Assembly (NCBI GenBank): GCA_014360805.1
Contig: JACIWU010000003.1
Coordinates: forward strand, 5,020-69,019
Source of the DNA: Chloroflexota bacterium
Lineage (GTDB): Bacteria; Chloroflexota; Anaerolineae; DTLA01
Length of the DNA stretch: 64,000 bases
Direction: 5' to 3'
Shown here: positions 9,131 through 19,182 of the stretch, in pieces
Layout: each line of letters opens with the position of its first letter
Numbering within the stretch: position 1 is the stretch's first letter
Program-made: the position numbers and the translations under genes
The notes under the pieces: model-generated
Told to the model about the DNA's origin: nothing
Seen by the model: the letters and a program-made list of their open reading frames with translations, nothing else
The model's database searches: none

Positions 9131-9327
9131 CTATAATGTGCGCAGAGATCCTTCAACCCTGGCGCCTCATCTGGTCAACGCACGCGGCACCTCGGCACCG
9201 TTTGGTCGGAGAAAGGCGGGTGCTGTGGAATCCTGTCCTTCGGCAAGCATCTGTCGCACAATCGGATTGTCCCCACCCGCCTCTGCCAACGCGTGGGGAA
9301 ATGCAATGTTCAAGGAGCAGAGCACAA

Positions 9328-10485
9328 ATGAAAGCGCGGTTTGACGTACGCAAGTCCTGGGTCTTTTTCGCGGCGGTGTTGCTCCTTCTCCTGGGCTGCG
9401 GCTTCACAGGAGATGGCACATCCACGTCGCCGAGGGCCACGCCGCAACCCACGGCGCTCCCCGTGGTCGTCGCCACGGCCACGCCGCTCCCCCAGCAGGA
9501 CTACGAGTCGCTGGAACTGGAGGAGCGCCTGCTGGTGAACCTGGTCCAGCGCGTCGGTCCCTCGGTGGTGCACATTCAGATCACGACGGCCACCGGCTCG
9601 GGCTCGGGTTCGGGCTTCTTCTACGACCGCGAAGGGCACATCGTTACGAACAACCACGTGGTGGAAGACGCCGAGACCATTCGGGTTGTGCTGGCCGACG
9701 GGTCCCAGGTCGCGGCCGAGGTCGTGGGCACCGACCCCGACGCGGACCTGGCCGTGATCCGCGTGGACGCGCCGGCCGACCTGATCGTGCCGGCCGAACT
9801 GGGCGACTCCAGCAAGGTTCAGGTGGGCCAGTGGGCCGTCGCCATCGGCAACCCGTTTGGCCTGGAACGCACGGTAACGCGCGGCATCATCAGCGCGCTG
9901 GGGCGGGTCTTCCCGCAGGAGAGCGGGTTCTCCATCGCCAACCTCATCCAGACCGACGCCGCCATCAATCCAGGCAACTCCGGCGGGCCACTGCTGGACT
10001 TGCGGGGCCGCGTCATCGGCGTCAACACCATGATCGTGTCGGAGACCGGCGCGTCGGCGGGGCTGGGGTTTGCCATCCCCGTGAACATCGTCAAGAAGGT
10101 GGCGCCCGCCCTCATCAAAGACGGCTTCTACGCGCACCCGTGGCTGGGCATCCAGGGCTACACCATCACGCCCGAACTGGTGGAGGCTCTGGCCCTGCCC
10201 GTGGAGCGCGGCGCGCTGGTGGGCCAGGTAACGGCCGGCGGCCCTGCCGATAAGGCCGGGCTGCGAGGCGGGCGGCGCACCGTGCGGGTGCCCGGCTACT
10301 TGGAGCCGGTCCAGGCCGGCGGCGACATCATCGTGGGCATAGACGGCAATCGGGTAACCGGCATGGACTCGCTCATCAGTTACCTGGACTTCACCGAGGC
10401 CGGCCAGGTTGTCGTGCTGGATGTGATTCGCGGCACAGAGCGGCTGTCCATTCGGGTTACCCTGGGCCAGCGCCCGCGCAGGTAA
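9328..10485 (+). CDS. htrA: HtrA/DegP-family serine protease with a PDZ domain, lipoprotein signal peptide
   Basis: The start follows an AAGGAG ribosome-binding site. The signal peptide has an LLGC lipobox. The trypsin-fold motifs GNSGGPL and HVVEDAE are present, followed by a C-terminal PDZ domain. Confidence 0.9.
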   Translation: MKARFDVRKSWVFFAAVLLLLLGCGFTGDGTSTSPRATPQPTALPVVVATATPLPQQDYESLELEERLLVNLVQRVGPSVVHIQITTATGSGSGSGFFYDREGHIVTNNHVVEDAETIRVVLADGSQVAAEVVGTDPDADLAVIRVDAPADLIVPAELGDSSKVQVGQWAVAIGNPFGLERTVTRGIISALGRVFPQESGFSIANLIQTDAAINPGNSGGPLLDLRGRVIGVNTMIVSETGASAGLGFAIPVNIVKKVAPALIKDGFYAHPWLGIQGYTITPELVEALALPVERGALVGQVTAGGPADKAGLRGGRRTVRVPGYLEPVQAGGDIIVGIDGNRVTGMDSLISYLDFTEAGQVVVLDVIRGTERLSIRVTLGQRPRR

Positions 10486-10501
10486 CCGTGGGAGGAGATC
10501 C

Positions 10502-10843
10502 GTGACCGGCAATCCTTCGCCGCAGGAACCCTGCTACGTCATCAGTGTGGCGGCAAAGTTGGTGGGTGTTCATCCCCAGACCCTTCGCTACTACGAGAGT
10601 CTGGGGTTGATCAAGCCATGCCGGTCGCCGGGGAACAGGCGGCTGTACTCGCCCCGCGACATTGAACGATTGCGGCAAATCCAGCGTCTTACGGATGAGT
10701 TGGGCGTCAACCTGGCGGGGGTGGAGGCCATCTTGTCGCTCATGGATCAAGTCGCGCAGATGAAAGCGGAGATGGAAGCCCTACAGGCGCGCTTTGAACG
10801 CGAAGTTGCCTTGCTGAAGAGCAAGTTGCAGGGTAGCGAGTAG
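10502..10843 (+). CDS. hspR: MerR-family heat-shock regulator (HspR-like)
   Basis: The ORF has a GTG start after a GGGAGGAG ribosome-binding site. The MerR helix-turn-helix reads CYVISVAAKLVGVHPQTLRYYESLGLIKP. It sits upstream of clpB in the classic HspR arrangement. Confidence 0.8.
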   Translation: MTGNPSPQEPCYVISVAAKLVGVHPQTLRYYESLGLIKPCRSPGNRRLYSPRDIERLRQIQRLTDELGVNLAGVEAILSLMDQVAQMKAEMEALQARFEREVALLKSKLQGSE

Positions 10844-10880
10844 GCGGCAAGAAATCGGATCATGCAAACAGGAGGACAGT

Positions 10881-11972
10881 ATGTTTGACGAAAAGGACGT
10901 TCGCGAACTGGCGGCTTTTCACGCAGATGGAGCCACGGTGTTGAGCCTGTACCTGAGCACAGATCCTTCCCGCCATCTCAAGGACGAAGCGAAGTTGAGC
11001 CTGCGCGGAATGTTGAAGCAGGCGATCGCGCTGGGCGCGGCCCAGTCCGACGCGGACCGCATGGAGCGTTTCGTGGACTTGGAATACGATTGGAAGGCCA
11101 AGGGGTTGGCCATGTTCTCGTGCCAGGAGGAGGGTTTCTGGCGGGCCCTTCCGGTCAGCGTGCCGGTCAGCAACCACGTCTTCGTGGCCGACCGACCGTA
11201 TGTGAAGCCGCTGAGCGACATGCTGGACGAATACGGCAAGTTCGCCGTGGCGCTGGTGGACCAGGAAGGAACCCGCGTGATCCTGTACCATCTCGGCATG
11301 GTGGAAGACACCGCGGGGACATTCGGCACGGAGTTGAAGCGCCACAAGAAGGGCGGCTGGGCGGCCCAGCGGTTGCAGCGCCGCCAGGATGAGAAAGCCC
11401 ACCAGAATCTGAAAGAGGCCGCGTCGCTCGTCAAAGACTTCTGCAACAGGCACCAGTGCAAGCGGCTCATCGTGGGCGGGCAGGACGAGACGGTGTCAAA
11501 GTTTCTGACCATGCTGCCCAAGGCATTGCGCGATAGTGTGATCGGCACCATGTCCATAGACATCACGGCGTCGGAAAGCGAGGCGCTGGAGCGGGCGCAA
11601 GATTTGCTGGAGGAGGCAGAGCGCGCTCGCGAAGCCGAACTCGTCCAGCAGGTGGTTACCGCGGCGACCAAAGGCGGGCCGGGTGCTATCGGCCTGGCCG
11701 ACACGCTGACCGCGCTCCAGGAGGAGCGGGTGCATATCCTCGTGGTGGAAGAGGGCTTCCAGGCCACCGCGTTCCGATGCGACCACTGCGGCTACATCGG
11801 CGCCCAAGATACGGGAAAATGCGTCTATTGCGGAGGCCCCATGGTTCTCATCAAGGACGCGGTGGATGCCATCGTCCGCCGCGCCATCCAGCGGGGCGTG
11901 GAGGTGGAATTCGTGCAGGGGAACGACGCCCTGACGCGCGCAGGCCAGATCGGCGCGCTCTTGCGGTATTAG
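10881..11972 (+). CDS. eRF1/Pelota-like (baeRF1 or host-attachment-family) protein with a C-terminal zinc ribbon
   Basis: The loop ELKRHKKGGWAAQRLQRRQDEKAH closely parallels the eukaryotic eRF1 GGQ loop KKHGRGGQSALRFARLR, with GGQ replaced by GGW. The C-terminus carries CDHCGY...CVYCGG. Confidence 0.55.
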   Translation: MFDEKDVRELAAFHADGATVLSLYLSTDPSRHLKDEAKLSLRGMLKQAIALGAAQSDADRMERFVDLEYDWKAKGLAMFSCQEEGFWRALPVSVPVSNHVFVADRPYVKPLSDMLDEYGKFAVALVDQEGTRVILYHLGMVEDTAGTFGTELKRHKKGGWAAQRLQRRQDEKAHQNLKEAASLVKDFCNRHQCKRLIVGGQDETVSKFLTMLPKALRDSVIGTMSIDITASESEALERAQDLLEEAERAREAELVQQVVTAATKGGPGAIGLADTLTALQEERVHILVVEEGFQATAFRCDHCGYIGAQDTGKCVYCGGPMVLIKDAVDAIVRRAIQRGVEVEFVQGNDALTRAGQIGALLRY

Positions 11973-12015
11973 CCCCTGCACCCAGGGCCGGCACGCGCCG
12001 GCGAGGTGAAGACCT

Positions 12016-14493
12016 ATGATGCGATTTGATCGGTTTACAGAGCGCGCGCAGGATGCGGCCATGCGCGCCTACGAGATCCTTCAGCGCTACAACCACACGC
12101 AGGTGGACACCGAGCACCTGCTCCTGGCGCTGATAGAACAGTCGGGGGGCGTGATCCCCCAGATTCTGGACAAACTGGGCGTGGACGCCGAGACGCTCAA
12201 GCAGCGCCTTGAGGCGACATTGCGCGCCGCGCCCAGAACCGCGGGGTTCGGCAGCGCCATGCCCGGCCAGATGTTCATCACGCCGCGCCTGAAGCACGTG
12301 GTGGACACCGCCAACGAGGAAGCGAATCGCCTGAAGGACGACTACATCTCCACCGAGCACCTGTTCCTGGCCATCCTGGCGGAGCGGGGCTCGCCGGCGT
12401 CGCGGCTGCTGGAAGAGATGGATGTTACCCGCGAGCGCGTCCTGGACGCCATTGCGCAGGTGCGGGGCGGGCAGAAGGTTACCTCTCCGCAGGCCGAATC
12501 ACGCTACCGCACGTTGGAGCGGTACACGCGCGACCTCACCCAACTGGCCCGGGAGGGCAAACTGGACCCCGTCATCGGCCGCGACAAAGAGATCATGCGC
12601 GTGATGCAGATTCTGTCGCGCCGCACCAAGAACAACCCGGTGCTCATCGGCGAGGCGGGCGTGGGCAAGACGGCCATCGTGGAGGGCCTGGCCCAGAAGA
12701 TTGTGCAGGACGACGTGCCCGAAATCCTGATGGGCAAGCGCGTCCTCGCCCTGGACCTGGGCGCGATGGTGGCGGGCACGCGGTTCCGCGGCGAGTTTGA
12801 GGAGCGCCTGAAGACCGCCATTGAGGAGATTCAGCGCGCCCAGGGCGAGATCATCCTCTTCATTGACGAACTCCACACCGTAGTTGGCGCGGGCGCCGCC
12901 ATGGGCGCTATGGACGCCTCCAACATGCTGAAGCCCGCCCTGGCCAGGGGCGAACTCCAGTGCGTGGGCGCCACGACGCTAGACGAATACCGTCGCTACA
13001 TAGAGAAAGACGCGGCCCTGGAGCGCCGTTTCGCGCCCGTGTTCGTGGACGAGCCGTCGGTGGAGGAGACGATCCAGATGCTGCGGGGCGTGCGCGATCG
13101 CTACGAGGCGCATCACAAGGTGCGCTTCTCCGACGAAGCCTTGGTCGCCGCGGCGCGCCTGTCCAAACGCTACGTAACCGACCGGCACCTGCCCGACAAG
13201 GCCATTGACCTGATAGACGAGGCGGCCTCCAAACTGCGGATGGCGATTCACAGCATGCCGCCCGAACTCAAGGAGAAGCGGGCCGCCATCCACAAACTCG
13301 CCACCGAGGAAGAGGCCGCCTGGCAGCGTCGCGACTACGAAAAGGCCGCCGTCTATCGCAGCGAGCGCCTGCGGTTGGAACAGGAATTCAACGCCGCCCG
13401 CGAAGCCTGGCAGCGCGAAAAGAACATTGACGAAGTCGTGGACGTGCAGGACATCGCCGAGGTGGTGGCCACGTGGACCGGCATACCGGTTACGGCGCTC
13501 ATGGAGACCGAAGCCGAGCGCCTCGTGCACATGGAGGAGCGGCTCCACGAGCGCATCGTGGGGCAGGATGAGGCCATCCGCGCCGTGTCCAACGCCATCC
13601 GCCGGGCGCGGTCCGGGCTGAAAGACCCGCGCCGCCCCATCGGGTCGTTCATCTTCCTCGGCTCGTCGGGCGTCGGCAAGACCGAGTTGGCCAAGGCGCT
13701 GGCCTGGTTCCTGTTTGACGACGAGGAGGCCCTGGTGCGCGTGGACATGAGCGAATACCGCGAGCGCCACACGGTGTCCCGTCTCATCGGCGCGCCGCCC
13801 GGCTACGTGGGCTACGAAGAGGGCGGGCAACTGACCGAGGCCGTCCGCCGCAGACCCTATCAGGTCGTGCTGTTTGACGAGATAGAGAAGGCGCACCCCG
13901 AAGTCTGGAACGCCCTGCTGCAGATTCTGGAGGACGGCCGCCTGACCGACGGCCAGGGCCATACGGTGGACTTCCGCAACACGGTGGTCATCATGACCTC
14001 CAACATCGGCACACAGTACACCCGCAAGGGCGGCACGTTGGGCTTCCGCGCGGGCGACGCGCGGGACGCCGAGGAGCGGGCCGCGCACGAGGCCATTGAG
14101 CGCGGCCTGCGCGAGACCTTCCGGCCCGAGTTCCTGAACCGCGTGGACGAGATCATCATCTTCCACACGCTCACGTTGGACCAGGTCAAGCAGATCGTGG
14201 ACCTCCAGATGAAGGAGATTCGCGCCCGTCTGCGCGAGCAGGGCGTGGAGGTGGAATTGACCGAGGCCGCGCGCGACTGGCTGGCGCGGGAGGGCTACGA
14301 CCCCAACTTCGGCGCGCGACCGCTGCGCCGGGCGCTCCAGAAGCACGTGGAGAACGCCCTGGCGCTGCGCCTGCTGAGCGGCGAATTCCGAGAGGGCGAC
14401 ATCATCATCGTGGATGCAGGCGACACGGGCATCCGCTTCTACCGCAAGGAGAGCGTGGAACTCCCGTCGGATTCCGTCGCCGCAAGCCCGTGA
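12016..14493 (+). CDS. clpB: ClpB AAA+ disaggregase chaperone
   Basis: The Clp N-domain is followed by two Walker A motifs (GEAGVGKT and GSSGVGKT) with a coiled-coil middle domain between the nucleotide-binding domains. Confidence 0.95.
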   Translation: MMRFDRFTERAQDAAMRAYEILQRYNHTQVDTEHLLLALIEQSGGVIPQILDKLGVDAETLKQRLEATLRAAPRTAGFGSAMPGQMFITPRLKHVVDTANEEANRLKDDYISTEHLFLAILAERGSPASRLLEEMDVTRERVLDAIAQVRGGQKVTSPQAESRYRTLERYTRDLTQLAREGKLDPVIGRDKEIMRVMQILSRRTKNNPVLIGEAGVGKTAIVEGLAQKIVQDDVPEILMGKRVLALDLGAMVAGTRFRGEFEERLKTAIEEIQRAQGEIILFIDELHTVVGAGAAMGAMDASNMLKPALARGELQCVGATTLDEYRRYIEKDAALERRFAPVFVDEPSVEETIQMLRGVRDRYEAHHKVRFSDEALVAAARLSKRYVTDRHLPDKAIDLIDEAASKLRMAIHSMPPELKEKRAAIHKLATEEEAAWQRRDYEKAAVYRSERLRLEQEFNAAREAWQREKNIDEVVDVQDIAEVVATWTGIPVTALMETEAERLVHMEERLHERIVGQDEAIRAVSNAIRRARSGLKDPRRPIGSFIFLGSSGVGKTELAKALAWFLFDDEEALVRVDMSEYRERHTVSRLIGAPPGYVGYEEGGQLTEAVRRRPYQVVLFDEIEKAHPEVWNALLQILEDGRLTDGQGHTVDFRNTVVIMTSNIGTQYTRKGGTLGFRAGDARDAEERAAHEAIERGLRETFRPEFLNRVDEIIIFHTLTLDQVKQIVDLQMKEIRARLREQGVEVELTEAARDWLAREGYDPNFGARPLRRALQKHVENALALRLLSGEFREGDIIIVDAGDTGIRFYRKESVELPSDSVAASP

Positions 14494-14503
14494 GCAGGGC
14501 GCC

Positions 14504-15613
14504 ATGGCCGAAGCGCGGGGCGACTTGCTGGAGATAGACGGCTCCTTCGGCGAGGGCGGTGGGCAGATTCTGCGCACGGCCCTGTCGCTGGCCGTGGCGC
14601 TGGGCCGGCCGTTTCGCATGCGTCGGATACGGGCGGGCCGCCCCACGCCCGGGTTGCGGCCCCAGCACCTGCTGGCCGTGCGCGCGGCGGCGGCGCTCTG
14701 CGGCGCGACGGTGGAGGGCGACCGCATCGGGTCCCAGGACTTGCTGTTCGCGCCCCAACGCCGACCCGCCGGCGGCGACTATACGTTTGACGTGGGGGCC
14801 ACAGAAGCGGGCGGAAGCGCAGGAGCCGTCTCGCTGGTGTTCCAGACGCTGTTTCTGCCCCTGTCGCTGGTTGGCGCGCCCTCGCGGCTGACGCTGGTCG
14901 GAGGGACGCACGTGCCCTGGAGCCCGCCGTTCCACTATCTGGCGCACGTGTACCTGCCGGCGGTCGCCCGTTTGGGGTTTGCGGCAGACCTGGCGTTGGA
15001 ACGGTGGGGCTGGTACCCGAAGGGCGGGGGCGTCGTCCATGCCCGCATCCGGCCCCGGCAGCATGCGGCGGCGGACGCGCCCTCCGGCGAGCGCGCGGAG
15101 TCGGCCCTGGACTGGACGCGGCGAGGGCGCATCACCCGCATCTGGGGCATCAGCGCGGCGTCCAACCTGCCGGCGCACATCATCCAGCGGCAAAAGGCCC
15201 AGGCGCTGGAGACGCTCCGCAAGGCCGGTCTTCGCGCCGAGATAGACGAGGTGGAAGCGCCTGCGGTGGGCTTCGGCACGGTGGTCTTCCTGGTCGCCGA
15301 GTACGAACGCGGCCTGGGCGGATTCACCGCCTACGGCGCGCTGCGGAAGCCCGCCGAGCGCGTCGCCGAGGAGGCAGCCCGTGAACTCGTGCGGTCTCAC
15401 GAGACGAAAGCCGCCGTGGACGAGCATCTGGCCGACCAGTTGCTGCTGCCCGCGGTGCTGGCCGGGGTGGATGTGGCGTTCACCACGCCGCGGGCCACCG
15501 AGCATCTGCGTACCAACGCCTGGGTCATAGAGCAGTTTCTCGGCCAGCGGGTGGCGATTGAACCTCACCCGACGGGCGCGCTGGTTCGGGTGCGCGGCGC
15601 GAGTGCAGGGTAA
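14504..15613 (+). CDS. rtcA: RNA 3'-terminal phosphate cyclase
   Basis: The N-terminus reads LEIDGSFGEGGGQILRTALSLA and the protein has the RtcA-family length and pattern. Confidence 0.85.
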   Translation: MAEARGDLLEIDGSFGEGGGQILRTALSLAVALGRPFRMRRIRAGRPTPGLRPQHLLAVRAAAALCGATVEGDRIGSQDLLFAPQRRPAGGDYTFDVGATEAGGSAGAVSLVFQTLFLPLSLVGAPSRLTLVGGTHVPWSPPFHYLAHVYLPAVARLGFAADLALERWGWYPKGGGVVHARIRPRQHAAADAPSGERAESALDWTRRGRITRIWGISAASNLPAHIIQRQKAQALETLRKAGLRAEIDEVEAPAVGFGTVVFLVAEYERGLGGFTAYGALRKPAERVAEEAARELVRSHETKAAVDEHLADQLLLPAVLAGVDVAFTTPRATEHLRTNAWVIEQFLGQRVAIEPHPTGALVRVRGASAG

Positions 15614-15745
15614 GGCGGGTGTCCCCTCTCCCGCCGGGAGAGGGTTAGGGTGAGGGGCATCGGGCATGTCCCCGAACCCGCCATACGGGACACGGGGCGG
15701 CTACGGCCGAAGCCCCGCGCAGCATGACAACACAATGGAGACAGC

Positions 15746-16693
15746 ATGTTTGAACTCATCTTTCTCGGAACATCGGCATCCGCCCCGTCCGTCAAGCGCG
15801 GGCTGTCATCGGCGATGGTGCTCCACAAGGAGTACCGCTTCCTGATAGACTGCGGCGAGGGCACCCAGCGGCAACTGCTCAAGAGCGGCCTGGGCTTCAA
15901 GCGCATGGACCGAATCCTCATCACCCACGGGCACTTGGATCACATCCTGGGTCTGGGGGGGTTGATGTCCACCTTCGCCCGATGGGAGTCCATAGACCGC
16001 GTGGAGATCATGGGCGGGGCGTGGGCGCTGGAGCGCGTGCGCACCCTGATGAACGTCGTCTTCGGCGAGGGTATCCCGCCCATAGAAATCGTGTACACCG
16101 AACTGGAGCCGGGTATCGTGCTGCAGGACGACTCCTTTGCGCTCATCGCCTTTCCGGTGCAGCACCGAGGGCCTGGGTGCTTCGGGTTCACGTTCTACGA
16201 GAAGGAGAAGCGGCCCTTCCTGGTGGACAAGGCCGAGGCGCTGGGCCTCCCGGCGGGGCCCGAGCGGGCGCGGCTGGTGCGCGGCGAGACGGTGAGGCTG
16301 GCCGACGGGCGCATTATCACCCCCGACGACGTGCTGGGCGAGCCGATCGGCGGGGCCAAGTTGGTGTTCGTCGGCGACGCGGGGAGCACCGACGGGCTGG
16401 CGAGCGTGGCCCGGCACGCCGACGCCCTGGTCATTGAGGCCACGTACACCGACGAGGAAGCCGACATGGCCCGCAAGTTCGGGCACCTGACGGCGTCGCA
16501 GGCGGCGCGGCTGGCCGCGGATGCCAACGTGCGCCTGCTCATCCTGACGCACATCTCGCGGCGCTACTCGGAGCGGCAGATTCTGGGCGAGGCCACGCGC
16601 ATCTTCCCCAACACCGTCGTGGCCAACGACTTTGACACGTTCCGCATCATCAAGCGCGAACCCGCCGCCCAGGCCGACAGCAACGGGGGGTGA
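15746..16693 (+). CDS. rnz: Ribonuclease Z (tRNA 3' endonuclease, metallo-beta-lactamase fold)
   Basis: It has the metallo-beta-lactamase motif HGHLDH. The N-terminus FLGTSASAPS and the protein length fit RNase Z. Confidence 0.9.
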   Translation: MFELIFLGTSASAPSVKRGLSSAMVLHKEYRFLIDCGEGTQRQLLKSGLGFKRMDRILITHGHLDHILGLGGLMSTFARWESIDRVEIMGGAWALERVRTLMNVVFGEGIPPIEIVYTELEPGIVLQDDSFALIAFPVQHRGPGCFGFTFYEKEKRPFLVDKAEALGLPAGPERARLVRGETVRLADGRIITPDDVLGEPIGGAKLVFVGDAGSTDGLASVARHADALVIEATYTDEEADMARKFGHLTASQAARLAADANVRLLILTHISRRYSERQILGEATRIFPNTVVANDFDTFRIIKREPAAQADSNGG

Positions 16694-16699
16694 GGCGCG

Positions 16700-17923
16700 C
16701 TACGTCCGAACCCTCCGCACGATCAGCGCACCGAGCGCGGCCAGAATCAGCGCCGCCGACGAGCATATCGGCGTGGGGGCAGGCTCTTGTTGCGGGCGCG
16801 GCGTCGGCAACACGGGTGGCGTGGTGGGCGCAGGCGTGGGTTGCGGCGGCGCGCCGATGGCCTCTCGCCAGCGCGCGTCCAGTTCGTCAATCCCGAAGCC
16901 GTACACCTCGCGCAGGGCATCCTCCTGGTACACGCCCCTCTTAAACGTCTTGAGGAGCGCATCCATCTTGTCCGCGCCAAAGGTATCAATGAGGAACTTC
17001 ACGACCGAGTAGCACTCGCCGTAGAACAAATCCACCTGCGAGGGGTCGCCCGTGTAGGCCGAAAGCGACCGCACCGAAATCAGGGTGTTGGTGCGAATCG
17101 CCCGCTCCAAGTCCGACTGATTCTCGCCGCGCAGGTCCCCTTCGGCGTACATGGCCAGGCCCTCGTCCAGCCACGTGGGCAGCCCGCCCAGCGGGTTGTC
17201 GGTGTACGCGCCGATGACGATATGGCTCAACTCGTGGGCGATGGTACGGTCGGCGTCGGCGGCCGTGGACAGGATGACGATGGTATCGCCGCCCATCGCC
17301 ATGCCCAGGGTGATGGTGGCGATGTCGTAGGACTCGCTGCGCGACGGGATGGCAAGCCGCATGTCGGCCTTGCTGCGGTACAGGAAGATGCGGATGGGTT
17401 TTTGGAGTTCTACCCCCGTGCCGGCCTGAAGGCGTTGCAGAGCCGCCTGGGCCGCGGCCATAATCTTGTCGGCCTCGCGTTGGCTATCGCCATACCAGTG
17501 GACGACCAGGTTGCCCTCCTGGCGCTGCTTCCAGGTGAAGCGGCTGTCCTCATAGGTTACCGTGGCGCGCTCGGTCTCCAGCGTGCGCCCGTCGGCCAGT
17601 TCGGCCCGCCACCAGTAGGTAACGACCCTGCCTGGCGGCACGTCCCCAGGCTCCAGTTCCCACGTCCACTCGGCGTTGATGCGGGTGCCGGTGTCGTCCA
17701 GGTTCACGCGGTTGCGCGCCCGCTCGCCCTCCAGTTGGTAGAGCAGGTGCAACGCCTGCACAGGCGAGGCCGTCTGCGCCTGCAAGGCAAAGGTGATGGA
17801 GGCGCCGAAGTCCACCTTCGCGGTCAGGCGGCTGCCCGTCCACGGCTCCTGAGCCTGGGCCGGCATGGCGGGCAGAAGCGCCATCAGGAGCAAGACGGCG
17901 ATGACGAGGCTACGCGTTCTCAT
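16700..17923 (-). CDS. Secreted zincin (HExxH) peptidase-like protein with a C-terminal hydrophobic anchor
   Basis: The start at MRTRSLVIAVLLLMALLPAMPAQA is a signal peptide. HELSHIV is a zincin motif. The protein has a Pro/Thr-rich linker and then ends AALILAALGALIVRRVRT. Confidence 0.55.
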   Translation of the reverse strand: MRTRSLVIAVLLLMALLPAMPAQAQEPWTGSRLTAKVDFGASITFALQAQTASPVQALHLLYQLEGERARNRVNLDDTGTRINAEWTWELEPGDVPPGRVVTYWWRAELADGRTLETERATVTYEDSRFTWKQRQEGNLVVHWYGDSQREADKIMAAAQAALQRLQAGTGVELQKPIRIFLYRSKADMRLAIPSRSESYDIATITLGMAMGGDTIVILSTAADADRTIAHELSHIVIGAYTDNPLGGLPTWLDEGLAMYAEGDLRGENQSDLERAIRTNTLISVRSLSAYTGDPSQVDLFYGECYSVVKFLIDTFGADKMDALLKTFKRGVYQEDALREVYGFGIDELDARWREAIGAPPQPTPAPTTPPVLPTPRPQQEPAPTPICSSAALILAALGALIVRRVRT

Positions 17924-18155
17924 CGGGCTTCCCCACGGTCTCCAGCGAGACTTTGGTGATGTCCAACTGCTCGGGCGGCACGTCCATGTACTTGTCCCCT
18001 TCCTCAATCAGCATGACGGGGATGTCCTCCACAATCGGGTACTTGCGGCGGCACTGCGGGTTCGGGCACACCAGCCACGAATCGCCGAACATCTGCACTT
18101 TGGTTCGGCACTGGGGGCAAACGAGAATGTCCAACAATTCTGGGTCTAGCGCCAT
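17910..18155 (-). CDS. Trm112-like (DUF343) small zinc-ribbon protein
   Basis: The sequence reads MALDPELLDILVCPQCRTKV...LVCPNPQC...YPIVEDIPVMLIEE. Confidence 0.6.
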   Translation of the reverse strand: MALDPELLDILVCPQCRTKVQMFGDSWLVCPNPQCRRKYPIVEDIPVMLIEEGDKYMDVPPEQLDITKVSLETVGKPDENA

Positions 18156-18214
18156 CTCCACGGACTCCACGGATAGGATTGGTCTTTGAGCACGCCCCAT
18201 TATATCACAAAACC

Positions 18215-18243
18215 TTGCGCACGGCACGTGGACATGCTACAAT
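18215..18243 (+). promoter_or_regulatory. Putative promoter of the SGNH hydrolase gene (TTGCGC-17-TACAAT). A divergent minus-strand -10 box (TGTGATATAAT) lies at 18196-18208 for the Trm112-like gene.
   Basis: Hexamer spacing is 17 bp. The plus-strand sequence ccccattatatcac reads on the minus strand as an extended -10 box. Confidence 0.4.
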
Positions 18244-18249
18244 GAGGGC

Positions 18250-19182
18250 GTGAAGAAAGGGTGGATGTGGACAATTGCAGCCCTGGCGGGGCTGCTCGCC
18301 CTGGAGGGGGCGGCACGGGTGCTGTCGCGGCCCTGGCCGACGCTGGCCGACTTCGCGCTGCGCCGCGAGACCCTGGCGGGCGCAGGGGCCAGGCGCGCCC
18401 CGACCCGCGTCCTCCTCGTCGGCGATTCTATCGTGTACGGGCACGAGGTCTCGGCTCACGACGCCTACCCCACGGTGATCGCAAATCTGTGGGGGGCGGC
18501 GCATCCCGACCTCCCCGTCGCGTTTATCAACGGCGGCGCGAACGGGCTGACGACAATGCACGGGGTGCAGTTGCTGCCCCTTCTGCTGCGCACTTTCCGA
18601 CCGCAGGTGGTGGTCATCGCCTTCGGGCTGAACGACGCCAACCTGGCGCGGTCGTACAGCGACGCGCGGCTGGAGGCGGCCTTTGCCGCGCCGACGTGGG
18701 TTCGGGCCATGCGCCATTCCCGCCTGTTCGTCGGCCTGGAACGGCGCTGGCGCAGATGGCAGGCGCAATACGCCGCGTGGGAGGGCAAGCGGTGGGAGCC
18801 GCGCGTCTCCGAGGGAATCTTCGCCCAGGCGCTGGACTGGATGGGTCGGCGGGCAGAGCGAGCGGGGGCGCGGGTCGTGTTTCTGACCACCACGCCGCTG
18901 GCGCCAGAGTTTCGGCCCGAATTGGACGCCGCGTCGCGCCTGGAGTTGCGGCGGTCGTGCGACGCCTACAATGCGCGGGTGCGGGCGGTGGCGTCGGCGC
19001 GGCGCGCGCGCCTGCTGGACGTGTACGCCCAACTCCGCCTCCCGCCTGGCGACTGGCTGGCGGATGGCGTCCACCTGAGCGCGAGCGGGTATCGCAAACT
19101 CGCCGCGTATGTGCATGAGCGCCTGGAGCCGCTGTTGCTTGGCCTGCCCGCCTGCGAAGAACCGACGGGGGTTGTCCGATGA
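18250..19182 (+). CDS. SGNH/GDSL-family hydrolase
   Basis: Blocks VGDSIVYG, GLNDAN and DGVHLS are present. Confidence 0.75.
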   Translation: MKKGWMWTIAALAGLLALEGAARVLSRPWPTLADFALRRETLAGAGARRAPTRVLLVGDSIVYGHEVSAHDAYPTVIANLWGAAHPDLPVAFINGGANGLTTMHGVQLLPLLLRTFRPQVVVIAFGLNDANLARSYSDARLEAAFAAPTWVRAMRHSRLFVGLERRWRRWQAQYAAWEGKRWEPRVSEGIFAQALDWMGRRAERAGARVVFLTTTPLAPEFRPELDAASRLELRRSCDAYNARVRAVASARRARLLDVYAQLRLPPGDWLADGVHLSASGYRKLAAYVHERLEPLLLGLPACEEPTGVVR

